Assembly: GCA_002633005.1 (NCBI GenBank)
Contig: NMRA01000236.1
Coordinates: 1 to 64,000, forward strand
Length of the DNA: 64,000 bases
Reading direction: 5' to 3'
DNA from: Phoronis australis
Lineage: Eukaryota > Animalia > Phoronida
Positions 11,695 to 22,775 of the stretch are shown one piece after another. The position numbers and the translations under genes were made by a program. Numbering within the stretch: position 1 is the first letter of the stretch; each line of letters starts with the position of its first letter. Under the pieces are notes generated by a model. That model was not told the DNA's origin. It did no database searches and saw only the letters and a program-made list of their open reading frames with translations.

Positions 11695-13981
11695 GTGTTC
11701 TCCTCGGATGCTGGAACTTTTAGATTAAGCACAGACTGTCGGCCAAACTGTTGTAAGCACTGAGTATTATTGCATTGCATGTTGCACTCGCATGTATCTA
11801 CTAGCTAAGTTTAGAGCGTGTATAGTTGTTGTTTGACGTATAGTTTCCTTCAGCTGCTTGTTTGGCGTATATGTTGCGCGGTACCCGGTTCATAGAATAA
11901 ATAGGTACGGGTCGCGGTTAGGCAGTTGTTTGTGTATGGTTATGGTTCCCAGTTGTAGAATAGATAGTACGGCTTCCAGTTGATCGAGTATTGTTAGCGA
12001 GTTAGCATTTTTTAGGCCTGTAATACAGTCCTTGTCGCGAGTCTTTCTGACGCTCTGATGTATAGTGCTTGTTAATCAATTACGCTTGCTTGCCGAGTAC
12101 TCAGACAGTGTGTTTTTCGTTATTGCAGATAGCCGCTTGTTCGGTTTTTACTTTTTCAACGCCTTTTCGTTTTCATTTTTCAACGCTTCTTTGGTATCTA
12201 ATTCATCGCTTGTAACTCTATCGTTTGACGAATAAAGTGTGTTATACAAAAGGCTTCTTTCATCTTATCCCTGTAGCCAGACCCGGCTACACGATGTATT
12301 GTGCACGAACTCAACGTCGTTGTGTCAGATTGTCAGTACTGCACATTTGACTGAAGGACTGCTATCAAAGTATACTGTTTAATAAGGAGGCGAGTACTAT
12401 CTCCATACGAGATGTCGCAGCCTTCGCTCTTCCCTGGGACTTGCACATTAAACTTGTGCTTGCGTTTCAACAACTGACTACAAATGACTTGATGCCAGCT
12501 CACTTGAGACCAGTAAATACATGAAGGTACTAAAATTTCCCGTCAACTAGTGAGATACTGCGGACTTAATTCGTGGGGTTGGAATGACTATCTATCTTAT
12601 CTATGCAATGCCGGTAAAGCCTCGCATTGGCATTGAAATGTCAACCATGCATAAATTTTAAGAACGGCTTACTGGCATGAGACGTCTTATGCGTGAAGGA
12701 TTGTGGAATAACGGTCATGCAATGTAACACCGCTGGTAGGCGCGAACAAAACCGAGAAATGCAACCTCTTTTTCTTTGCAACAATTAATATAAAGCCTCA
12801 ATATTATTTTCAATATGCAGTGCCAAAACATAGCGATCCAAAACCAGAATCTTTATTTCACAGTAGACATGCACCAAGAATTTTTGTACACTTACATTCA
12901 TAAACAACTCTCAAACACATTTCGAACCGTGCCAGGAGCATGCACATCATTTACCAACAAAAATTTAGCAATGTCAGGAGTACAAGACCACTCAGCAGTG
13001 TCCACTCGAAGTGATGACGTAAGTACCAGGTAAACAAGGACTTAGTGTTAAGCAGCGAACAAAATTTAATTTGTTGTGGCATAACTTACCATTAAATATA
13101 AACATTTTATTATGTTGGAATGGGGATGGTTTACTGTTGAAGACATAAAATCTCTCAAACGCCAGCCATCTTGGGTCAAGTGAAGGACGTCATAATTTTT
13201 GTGGTCACGTTTTCATGTCCTGGTTGCACGAAACAGTCCGAAGTACAATGTAGGACTCGATTAAGTTCTCAAAATTTTCTTTGTATTCGTGGACTTGTAT
13301 ATTTTTGGGTTTGATACAAAGAGAGGGCAAATTTTACCTTCAATTCTCAACATTATTGAACAGAAGTAGGGATCTTTTCATTCAACGTCCATAATATAAA
13401 GGCCATTGAGCAAAGTTTTCATATTTTATTGATATTATTAGAAAATACTGTTGGTCAGAAAGGATGTCATGATAAAGATAAAATGAAATTAAAAGATTTC
13501 ATCTTGGAGTAAAACTCGACACAAATACTTAGTTGAGTCCCTATTTGGGACGGTTTCATAAAACCGGGCACAGATCTCTCAGATCTCCACCGGAGCGTTC
13601 GCAATCTGACGCAGCCATCTTGCATCAAGTGAATGACGTCATCATTTTTGTGGTCACGTGGTCCTGAGTGGTCGCGTTCTCCAAGCATTATTAATTATTT
13701 ATTTTTTGTTCAGCGGTAGTCACATTTTCGCTTGCGTTTTGATTTCTTGGGATATGTTTTGCACCACTATTTTTTGACCGTTAGTGATATGTAATACAGT
13801 ATAAGTTATAATGTATATGGAGTAATTTCTGGAGTTGAAATTGAAATCCTAGTGAATTTATTTTGTGAAAGAGATTTGCAAATTCTTGGACCGGACTTAA
13901 TTTTGGCATAGCGAAATTAGTACGCCCTGAACATTTGGCCGCGCAGGATATTACACGCACGGGCTAATGTCGAAATTTCTT

Positions 13982-14435
13982 GGGGAGCGTTCACATATAA
14001 CGTCTTCCAAAATTAGTCCCTTTTTGCCCGGCGCCCTCCCCCCACCTCTGTCATCATCCGTCATGATATAACCAATGAGATGATTATAGCTCATTGGATA
14101 TAACCCCCTGTGCAGCCTCTAATTACGTCATCACAACCAACCCCCATGTTTATGCGTGATAAGTGAGCCTGTTGCTTGGCTGTGTACAAATTTATGAGGT
14201 AAGCCTGCTGAAATATGGTCAAACCTTGAAAGTGTCCCGGTTGTGGAATTAGTCATTTCCTCTAGAAGGTGAATCAGTTTATAGTGTTATGTACTGCGAT
14301 GGAGATATAAATTCTAAAAACCAAATGATGACATCACCATGAATCTAACTCATCCTCCTCCTATCATAAATCGTCATCTTTCCAGATCCCCTCCTCCATC
14401 GAGTGGTGACGTAATGCAATATGTGAACGTTCCCT
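13982..14435. mobile_element. MITE (PIF/Harbinger-like TIR)
   Basis: GGGGAGCGTTCACATAT...ATATGTGAACGTTCCCT inverted termini; TSD degenerate. Confidence 0.6.
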
Positions 14436-14720
14436 CATACACAGTACTAGCTGTGTGACAGGTATGTCATGTTCCGATACTGGCATAATATTCTGAGATG
14501 TCCTGTGTATAGGAATACACGTACCAGAATAACCATGAAATTCCGAGTTAGCTCAAGCAATCTCAAGATTATATTAGATAGCCTTATGCATTGAAGACAG
14601 TTAGGTTTCATTTGGCCTTGTTCAAATTTAGAAGATTACAAATTTCTTATTTGCCCCAGATCAAGATTGGTTGAATGACGGTATACGTGATTTTGAGGTT
14701 AGGTGAAATAGTTCAAGCAC

Positions 14721-17187
14721 TGATACTCAGTAAAATGTAACAATTTCGTAAAATGTAACAACTGTTACATTTTACGTCGCTAGGTCTCCTAAAATATAAT
14801 AAGTTGTTACATTTTAAGTAATTATTACAATTTACGTCAAATGTACATGCGAGAAATGTACCATTGTTACATTTTACGACGACGTCATATTTCATGAGTT
14901 TGCATGGTATTTGTCACACGGAGAAGAACGGTTCATACACTTTACGCCTTCTTTCTCGGATTGTATGAATGAAATTTTATCAAATGTGTCAGCTCGAATT
15001 TATAGATGTGTCCCTATGTGCTTTCCATTGTTTTTCTTAACATGAGTAGTTTCTTGGTATAGTCAAAAATGTACCCAGTACAGTTTCATCTCCAGACGAA
15101 AGGAATTTCCAGGACCAGGTAACACGTTTTTATTGTTAAAGCGTTCTTGCAATCGCTTGTTGGCGCTCACAGGTCACTTCCAGTTGTGTGTCTGGCATTA
15201 CAGTAAACACATTTCCTTTGGTACTCAGTAAGCACAACAGAAAAAAGGATGTCGTATTTTGGCTAATATTTATCGTATTTGTTCAGAAACAAACGTTAAT
15301 AACATTTTTCACTGAGAATTCAATTTCGGAAGACAATTTGACAGACAAAACACCCATTTTAGTCCACGATTGTTTGATTTAATTCAGCCAGTGGTTTATT
15401 TATTCACGGCTAATGCTCCACACAAAAGGAGCAAGACCAAAGTTTCTGATGCCGACGGGTTCTGTCTACCAGCTTAGTTACGAATGACAATTTCTTAAAG
15501 ACATTATGGTGGGAGGAAATAAAAGCATACATTTATTTGCGGGCAGGTTTACAGATTTTGCCAGTGCAACAGCAAAAGATTGCGTTTGAGAAGGGCAAGC
15601 CAATAATTTAAGAAGGTAGCGGCTTAGCGACGTGTTTTAAAGAGCTAAAAGTTGAAAGAAATATAATTGTTCGTATGATGTCAAATTTGTCTGAAATAAT
15701 GGTGGTAACAATTGATCAAACCATTACGTGTATACGTAGAAATGAGAGGTCAAGATCATGGGAAATAGAAAATATTTTGCCACTGTGAAAGACACCATCA
15801 TTTTAAAGGGGCAATGGTAGGAAAAAAGCTGACTGTCGGCCTTTCGGACTACAAAAACATGCACTTTCCAAATCTATAATCTTTTAAGATAAAATGTTGG
15901 TGACATTTTTGATGCTGTAGGTAATTAGTCTGATTAAGTACAAAGTTATGTAATTTAGGGACGATGTATAATTAATTAAATGTATTGGTTGTTTACCAAC
16001 ATTTGTTTCCTCCTATGATTACATAGGAAGTGATTCACCATATGTCTTTAACCAGCTGTGGGATGTTTACAATTACAACTGTGCCCTGTATTGCTGGTTA
16101 GGCAACTTTAATTATTTCAAACTGGTCAGCTTTGGGATGTTGCATTTCCGACAACAAAAATAATCAGAACTACTATCCATCGAAATTACTTAACTTTTGT
16201 CTGCCTACACTATATTTGGTAATGAATTGGGTTCACTGTTGGAATCCGGCAACAACTTTATTCAGAGAATTGTTTTGGAACTAGGTGTAGCATTTTGGAG
16301 GAAGTGTGTGGGTTTTGTCGTGTATTCAATATAAATATTCTGCTAGCTACTCTAGAATTCATATTGCTTGGAGAGAGGCTGCTGCTTGCTTCAAAAATAT
16401 CACAGATACCCAGCGTTGGTAAGAGACAACTTTGTTTCTTGATGTTTTACGATTAATTTTGTCTTTAGAAAAAACAATTCTCAGTTCTTTGATTATTTGA
16501 TCAATTCATAGAAATTGTTGTAACTACAAGTTTCTGCTAACTAGTGTTTGCCTAATTGTGAATTGATATAATATTATCAGACATGAAGTTCTCTGTATCT
16601 TAGCATGATTTATTTGGTACTTAAATTTGTACTAGAGGTTGTATTCATCTTTTATTAATTGTTTTAGGTTTAACCGTATAACGTATTAACATACCGTATC
16701 GAAAACAAAAACGTATCTTACTCGTATTCGTATCGTATCATAAATAAAGTTTTATGAACCAAAGTGTTACGGTATTATTATTATACGCGTGTAACCTGCT
16801 GGGCCAACAACAAAAACAAAAACAAAAACAAAAACAAGAGAGATATCTAATGGCGTGTGGATGCGCTACATAAAATATCAATTATAATTGCTATTTGGTC
16901 AATATTCGTTAGACCGCAAAAAATATCGTATTCATTACACCATATCTTAAATGTTAATTGTCATGTAGTGTTTGATTTTACTTTATTTTTGTTTCTGTTG
17001 ACAAAGGACGTTATTACATCCGAAAACTTCAGTTGATCCATTCTTGCTGTTTTATTTACCTATTAATATTCTACATTTCGTGAAACAATAGTATCCTTGG
17101 GAGGATCTGGATCGCCTTATTTAGTTTCAGATTTATTTTCTACGTTATTTTACATTTTACGAAATTGTTATATTTTACGGCGTATCA
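14721..17187. mobile_element. 2.47-kb non-autonomous DNA transposon with TGATAC...GTATCA termini and 6-bp TSD
   Basis: TIRs with repeated GTAAAATGTAACAA. TSD AAGCAC at 14715-14720 and 17188-17193. The paralogue has a single AAGCAC (58425-58430), the empty site. Contains (CAAAAA)n at about 16808-16837. Confidence 0.9.
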
Positions 17188-17764
17188 AAGCACACAGAGA
17201 GTGAACTGCACTAAAAGCTTGTCTGTAAATACGTCACACGGAATCTGACGAAGATTAGACTAGATGAGCGTGGTGTCGTTGTCAATGACATTTCCTTCCA
17301 TGTGAATATTCAAAATGAAACGCCAGAAATGCTGTCACAGTTTTCTAAATTATCTTTTCGCTTTTATTTGTGTAGTTTTAGATGAGATTTATATTCACTT
17401 GAAAATTATCAGTGCCTTACAGGGGCATAAAACTCGAAAGCTCCTAAAAACATCCTTAAAACAACTCCTGACGAAAGTAACATATCTCAGTGTGCATTAG
17501 AGAGTTGTTCGCTTTCCCCTGTGAAATTGATTATATATAACATTATTGTTTTACTTGATGATAATTTAAGCTATTCAATCTAAAGTTAGATCACAAACAC
17601 CGTCATCTCTTGCGTCGTTTGCTTCCTATTATAAATACATCTGGCCAAAAACTAATGTCGTCATTTTGTACCTGTCTTATAAAAGCTATTTAGTTATCAT
17701 CGCTATTCTGACAAAAACTTGCTAAGGACTTGATTGAAAAACAAAGGAATTCGTTTTTGTTTAC

Positions 17765-17892
17765 CTGGCCTGCAGGTTTTCTTGCTTCTCGTATGCGGCC
17801 TCATCCACCTCAGACTCATTCTCTTCTACCAAGGGGTGACCAACGGCTAAGACGGCCAAGAATATGGTCGTGACAGCGTTTCTCATAAGCAT
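17765..17892 (-). CDS. Gene A exon 1: signal peptide plus acidic linker/pro-region
   Basis: ATG at 17892; MLMRNAVTTIFLAVLAVGHPLVEENESEVDEAAYEKQENLQA then AG|gtaa donor at 17765. Phase 2 joins exon 2 in frame (AG+A=Arg). Total CDS 128+376+141=645 nt = 214 aa + stop. Confidence 0.85.
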
Positions 17893-17928
17893 GATAGGCT
17901 CGGTAGTAGTCTTTCAGGTTCTCTGACG

Positions 17929-17970
17929 AATGCTGAATGGTATTGTGGTAAATGCAAGGCGGCCTTTATA
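17929..17970 (-). promoter_or_regulatory. Core promoter of gene A: TATA box and probable initiator
   Basis: TATAAA at 17970-17965 (minus strand), with an Inr-like CCATTCAGCATT about 30 nt downstream and about 45 nt before the ATG. Confidence 0.7.
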
Positions 17971-19026
17971 CGATGTCGTGTCACATTGGTTGTCACTCAC
18001 ATAGAACATGAAATTTGTCTACCGAAGATGTCCGTATATTAGCCTATTCCAAAACACGGTGGAAGTAGGCTATACAGCGTAGCGAATAGAGAACTACCTT
18101 CATGTCGCTTATTCGAGAAAAATGTGCATGATTGAACCACAAACGATCTTGCGGAAATCGACAGAAAAACGCACACTCTTCTTTATAATGCAATTTTTAT
18201 TAAGCTTTTTATCCACAGTTGAATTTGCTTATCTCAGTTTATTTAAAATTGGCGCCTGTTTGATTGGCTAAGCATTTTAAGTTTGTTGTTGCATGTGAAG
18301 GTACAAATGTCATGCGCTAGACATTTGAGTCTGTACTGAGTGAAAGAGTGCCAGTAGTTTACCCCTTGACCATTTTTGCCCAGTCATGGCTTTTTTCAAA
18401 TCTACTGTTTGTGAAAAATCAGTGTGGTCGACTCCTTCTTTTCACCTGATTACTGTAAACTGGAGTTTTGGCAGTCTCGATTCAATGTCTCTCAGTTGCT
18501 AATCGCATGCAAATGATGACTTTGAGGAGAAAACTGCTGGTATTTGCTCATTTTAAGCACTTTGGGAAAGGATTAAACGACAGAAAGTTGACTTTGGAAT
18601 CAGTTTCTCAGGCCCGTTGCTGGGTTTAGGAGTTCAATCGAACACCCCCTCTCCCGCAGAAAGAGTCCAGTCCCAACCTGTCCGTTTAAAAATAAGACAA
18701 TAACGACAAAATTGTTACAGTTACTGGCACTACTAACTTCAATGATAACCAAGTTAGTAATACTGAATTTTGCTTTTGATTCAAAGTGCTGCAGGTAATC
18801 ATCGAGCCGTACCTGGACAACATCCTCCGAATGGTGTTTGGGCAGATAACAGGATCGTGCAGACGGTTAGAGGAGATTTCATTCATTGACATTGAACGCA
18901 GGTGGTGGTTACAACATAGGGTAACAAGCCATGGGCGGCGCAGCACTGAAAAAACTGGAGGGTTATAGCCCCCAGCCCCCTATGGTGCGCCTTATGCAAG
19001 CGAGTCTAGAAGTACATATCTATACA

Positions 19027-19660
19027 GTTTATTTATTTTATTTATTTATTGTGATATTTAAAATGAGGGTGGCCTCTTCAGTGATAGCACTGCTTTCCAA
19101 GAGGGCCCTCTACAACAAAAAACAGTAATATAATACAATGAAGCAATAAAACAACAATTAAATATGCGTAAAAAGATACAATTAAAACAGGGTGAGAATT
19201 AAAACAATAAATAAATGACGAAAAATGGTGAAAATATACTAAGAGAGATGAAATAAATAAAGAGATGACAGTGAGAGTATTAACGATAATGGAAAGAAAG
19301 ACATGATTGAGACAGGTAGGGTATAAAAAAGTTAGGTAGGCCTAAATTACAGCCACTTTTTAATATTACGTTTGAAAACATCAGTTGAATCGGACCGTTT
19401 AATTTCTGGGCTAAGAGAATTCCATATTGTAGCAGCAGCATAGATAAAAGATCTCTTGCCGTTCTCGGTTTTAATTTTTTTTAAAGACACATTTCCAGCA
19501 ACAGAAGAACGTGTAGAATATACAGCTTGACTGCTATTGAATTTCGGCTGAGATATGCTGGAGCCAAGCCACTGATACATCTGTACATACAACAGGCAGA
19601 GAGATATTTATTCCGTTGTTTCACTTTCATAAATCCCAGCTTGGAATACAAGTCATCGAC
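19027..19660 (-). mobile_element. 5'-truncated L2/CR1-group LINE 3' end
   Basis: ORF2 C-terminus TENGKRSFIYAAATIWNSLSPEIKRSDSTDVFKRNIKKWL*; 3'-UTR stem-loop GAGGGTGGCCTCTT...AAGAGGGCCCTC; (AAAT)n-type tail. Confidence 0.8.
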
Positions 19661-20750
19661 CTTGGTGTCCCGAATTCTAGTACCCAGGATAGCCCTAGGC
19701 TATGTAACAGCGAAAGACTTCCCAGAAAGTAGTGCGGAGTGAATGTCTTATTATCGACCAAGAAACAAAACAGCACAAAAATCTGCTATTTTGGTATACT
19801 TGCTGCGTACGGCAAAGAGCATGCGTTTTAAAGTTTCGAAATGAAAATGATCGTCCAATATGTTTACTCATCCAGTAACTACTGTAATTGTGGATTGGTG
19901 GATTGGCATTTATGAATGTATCTGCGTGTACGTTTTCATTCTTCTAAATTCATTAAACGTTGACGGTAAGTTCGCTAATATAAACTTTGGTCATTGAATG
20001 AAGAAAGTCAGTCAGTGCCTATGGAGCACAGCCTCGCAAACTTGATGGAAAGGAATTTCCAATATTACATGTGTCTCTATTCCGAAGTTTCACTACTTCG
20101 AATGTCCGCAAACAAGAACACCGTCAGTTCATTACTCTGATTGTCTGTTAATGAGTCGTAACTGACATATAAATAAACCATTGTATTTTTGTCCATTTGA
20201 TAACCCCATAACTCCCTAAACGTCACTTCCGGTGAAGGGCAAGACTAATTGATAAAATGATGGGAATATGTCTGGGATAATCAACGAATAGTATTTTTTA
20301 CTAAAAATGACATGGAAAAGGTTTCCTTCTCCTTTAACATGGGGTCTGAGCTGAGGAGAACAACGGCAGTTTCAAATTTAAGAAATCTGATTGGTCTATC
20401 TGACTTCGTGATGGCTAGCAGGGAAAAGGTAGCCTACAAACTACATTTAATTTCGACCGGACCATGAGCGTGGTTCCGGTGAGTGAGGTTGAGGTACAGC
20501 GGCCCTAAACTTTTCAGTCACGCTCTGAAGTGATGCGATCTTGACATGGATGATTACTTGGTGGTTTGTAATTCATCAATGCAAGTACGTACTCATTTTT
20601 TAGTATTCGTAAGATATATGGGCAATTTTGCATGCGCATGAAATCCGGGCGTTGGTTTGGTACACCACTTAGTGCATCTAATAGCCGTGATGTTTACTTT
20701 TGTGTTTAATAGTATAAAAATTACATCTCAGTTCAAAATTTTAGATATTC

Positions 20751-20845
20751 TCGGAGTAGTGAACCTTCGGAGCAGTGAACCTTCAAAGAATTGAACCTTG
20801 TATTAGTGAACCTTCAGTGTAGTGAACGTTCGGAATAGTGAGCTG
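20751..20845. repeat. 16-bp minisatellite (CGGAGTAGTGAACCTT)-like, about 6 copies
   Basis: Contiguous degenerate units with no spacers. Confidence 0.8.
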
Positions 20846-21179
20846 TTAACACTTCCAGCAAGCTGTAACACGCAAAATACAATCATAAAAATTTCAAGTC
20901 ACTCTCCGACTAAATGTTCCCGTCAAAGTATGTAATGAAGTGTAATCACTCATTTAAGCACAGCTGATTTGAAAGTTTGGCAGGGGGTAACGCGAGAATG
21001 TTCTCTTTCTAGACCACAGTGCATCTGAATTTATGTTCCGTTCTTTACGCCAGTGAGCAACTGTCACGGCATCTTCATTTCTGGTATTACTAATGCCGTC
21101 TCATCACAGGAACGATAGAACTGAGAGTCATCGTTGTGTATACAGATTTCCCTTCCCCCTAATTAAGCTACGTCAATAC

Positions 21180-21335
21180 ACAAAAGGTACCGAGCGATGC
21201 GTACTTGAAATAATATCCCACGAGACCTTATTCCACCTGTGGTCTCGGTCGATACGCGGAATAAGGTCTCGTGGGATATTATTTCATGTATGCCACTCGA
21301 GGTACGTTTTGTATTTTATCCCATACGCGTCGAAT
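21180..21335. repeat. Long hairpin (arms about 55 bp) plus adjacent 21-bp motif; probable transposon terminus
   Basis: TGAAATAATATCCCACGAGACCTTATTCC / GGAATAAGGTCTCGTGGGATATTATTTCA arms. The motif at 21315-21335 recurs inverted at 38039-38059. Confidence 0.75.
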
Positions 21336-21959
21336 TCGTGAGTTTCGTTTGTTTTCTTTCAACATTTTACAAATACTTCACCCTGACTGTTTACGTGGCT
21401 AATCACAACCTGTTGTGTATTTACGTGCGCGTTATGTTGCTAACTTACTATAGTAAAAGAAAACAGTTTTGAATGTAACGGCTTATTACTTGAAATTGAT
21501 AAAAAGTGTGAAAACGACAGTTATCGTGCATTGAACTTGTATTATATTTCGAAAATAAATAAATAACAAGAATATTTATAACATTGTAAAATCTTCATCG
21601 GGTAGTTGCACTCATTCATGAAACAAGGTCATTGACCGGAGCGCGTAGCCTACACGTCGTCTGTTTTCACGAAGATGTTTAAAGTGCCACCGTTGATGAT
21701 AGCTCCGGTGAATATGCCTGTTGTAGCGTTGTTTCAGGTACGTTGTGGCATTTCTACGGATTTTGTAGCCTTGGTACAAAGCTGTATACTAATTAAATAT
21801 ACGACAGTCTGTTGACAGCTAGCTGGCTGGCTACGGATTCTGTAGCATGGATAGGTTCACGTGTTGCTGCCCATAGCTGCATTACAAATTGTATCTAATG
21901 AGACGGACTTTGTTTCAGCTTTATATATGCATTGGTTAGGATGAGAATAATTCATCTTG

Positions 21960-22400
21960 AAACAGAACGCATGGCAACTCGCCCGGCGCCAAGGAGCTCC
22001 TCCGACGAAGTATTCACGGGTCGGATCGTTAGGTTTCACAGGCTATCAGTTCGAACCGGAATACATTGATCAAGAAATACTAGAGAGACTTAGGCGCCGT
22101 GAACATGCACAGGCAACGGAACGTATGGATAGTTCTTTGATAAGCCGGAATTCTTCAGAGAAATCACTGTCAACGAAATGCCTGCCGCAGACATGGAGAT
22201 GTTTCACGGCCTCGTACTTGCTATTAACAGCGTACCTTTTATTCTTCACTACCGCGAGCCACTTCCTAAGCATTTCGGGCTCTCGAGGAAGTCGAAAAAA
22301 ACGATATACCCGCTTTCTTCGCAGCTTCACAGTTCGGACGAGCGGGAACGATGCAGACGAACCACTGACGTCGCTGCGTCGTTACTCACCTTCCTCATGG
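21960..22400. mobile_element. Kolobok-like remnant: THAP domain (minus) fused against KolX-like N-terminus (plus)
   Basis: Minus strand: CIVPA(R)PN..GISFFRLPREPEMLRKW...HVCGRHF (THAP C2CH pattern, with a frameshift in a T run). Plus strand: GYQFEPEYIDQEILERL, resembling the PY(Q/M)FEPE start of Kolobok accessory proteins. Confidence 0.6.
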
Positions 22401-22775
22401 GTTAGCGTGACACCTCTCGGCAAGGTGAGGTCGACCGTATAGGAGGCGATGTGGATATAGACCGATTAATAAGGCAAAAAAGACTAATTAAATTGGCATT
22501 CTCCTTCAATTGAACTGAAATTGTAATGGTTTTAAATGTCCAGACTGGCGTTGCGAGGACTATATAAAGACATTCGTCCCCACTGAATGCCTACTTGGGA
22601 GCCCTCTCCCGCCATTTCTCTCCATATCTTTCAAAACCAAGTTGTTGCCTCTAGGGTGCTTGGGGTACTCCCCCTTCCACTAGCAGTGACCCATGACCAC
22701 TCCTGACCTTGTCTCTCTAAGCCATCGCCTTTACAGCACAAAAGTTCACCATTAGGCTCTTATATGAATAGTTAA

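Noticed and set aside
10624-12291. Possible solo LTR hosting the MULE (TGTAGC/TGTAAC...GCTACA, AATAAA at 12231)
   Set aside because: No matching TSD for any candidate start and no second copy in the window; left unannotated.
18930-18997. Tiny palindromic element CATGGGCGGCGC...GTGCGCCTTATG flanked by CAAGC
   Set aside because: Too short and degenerate to classify; the flank match could be chance.
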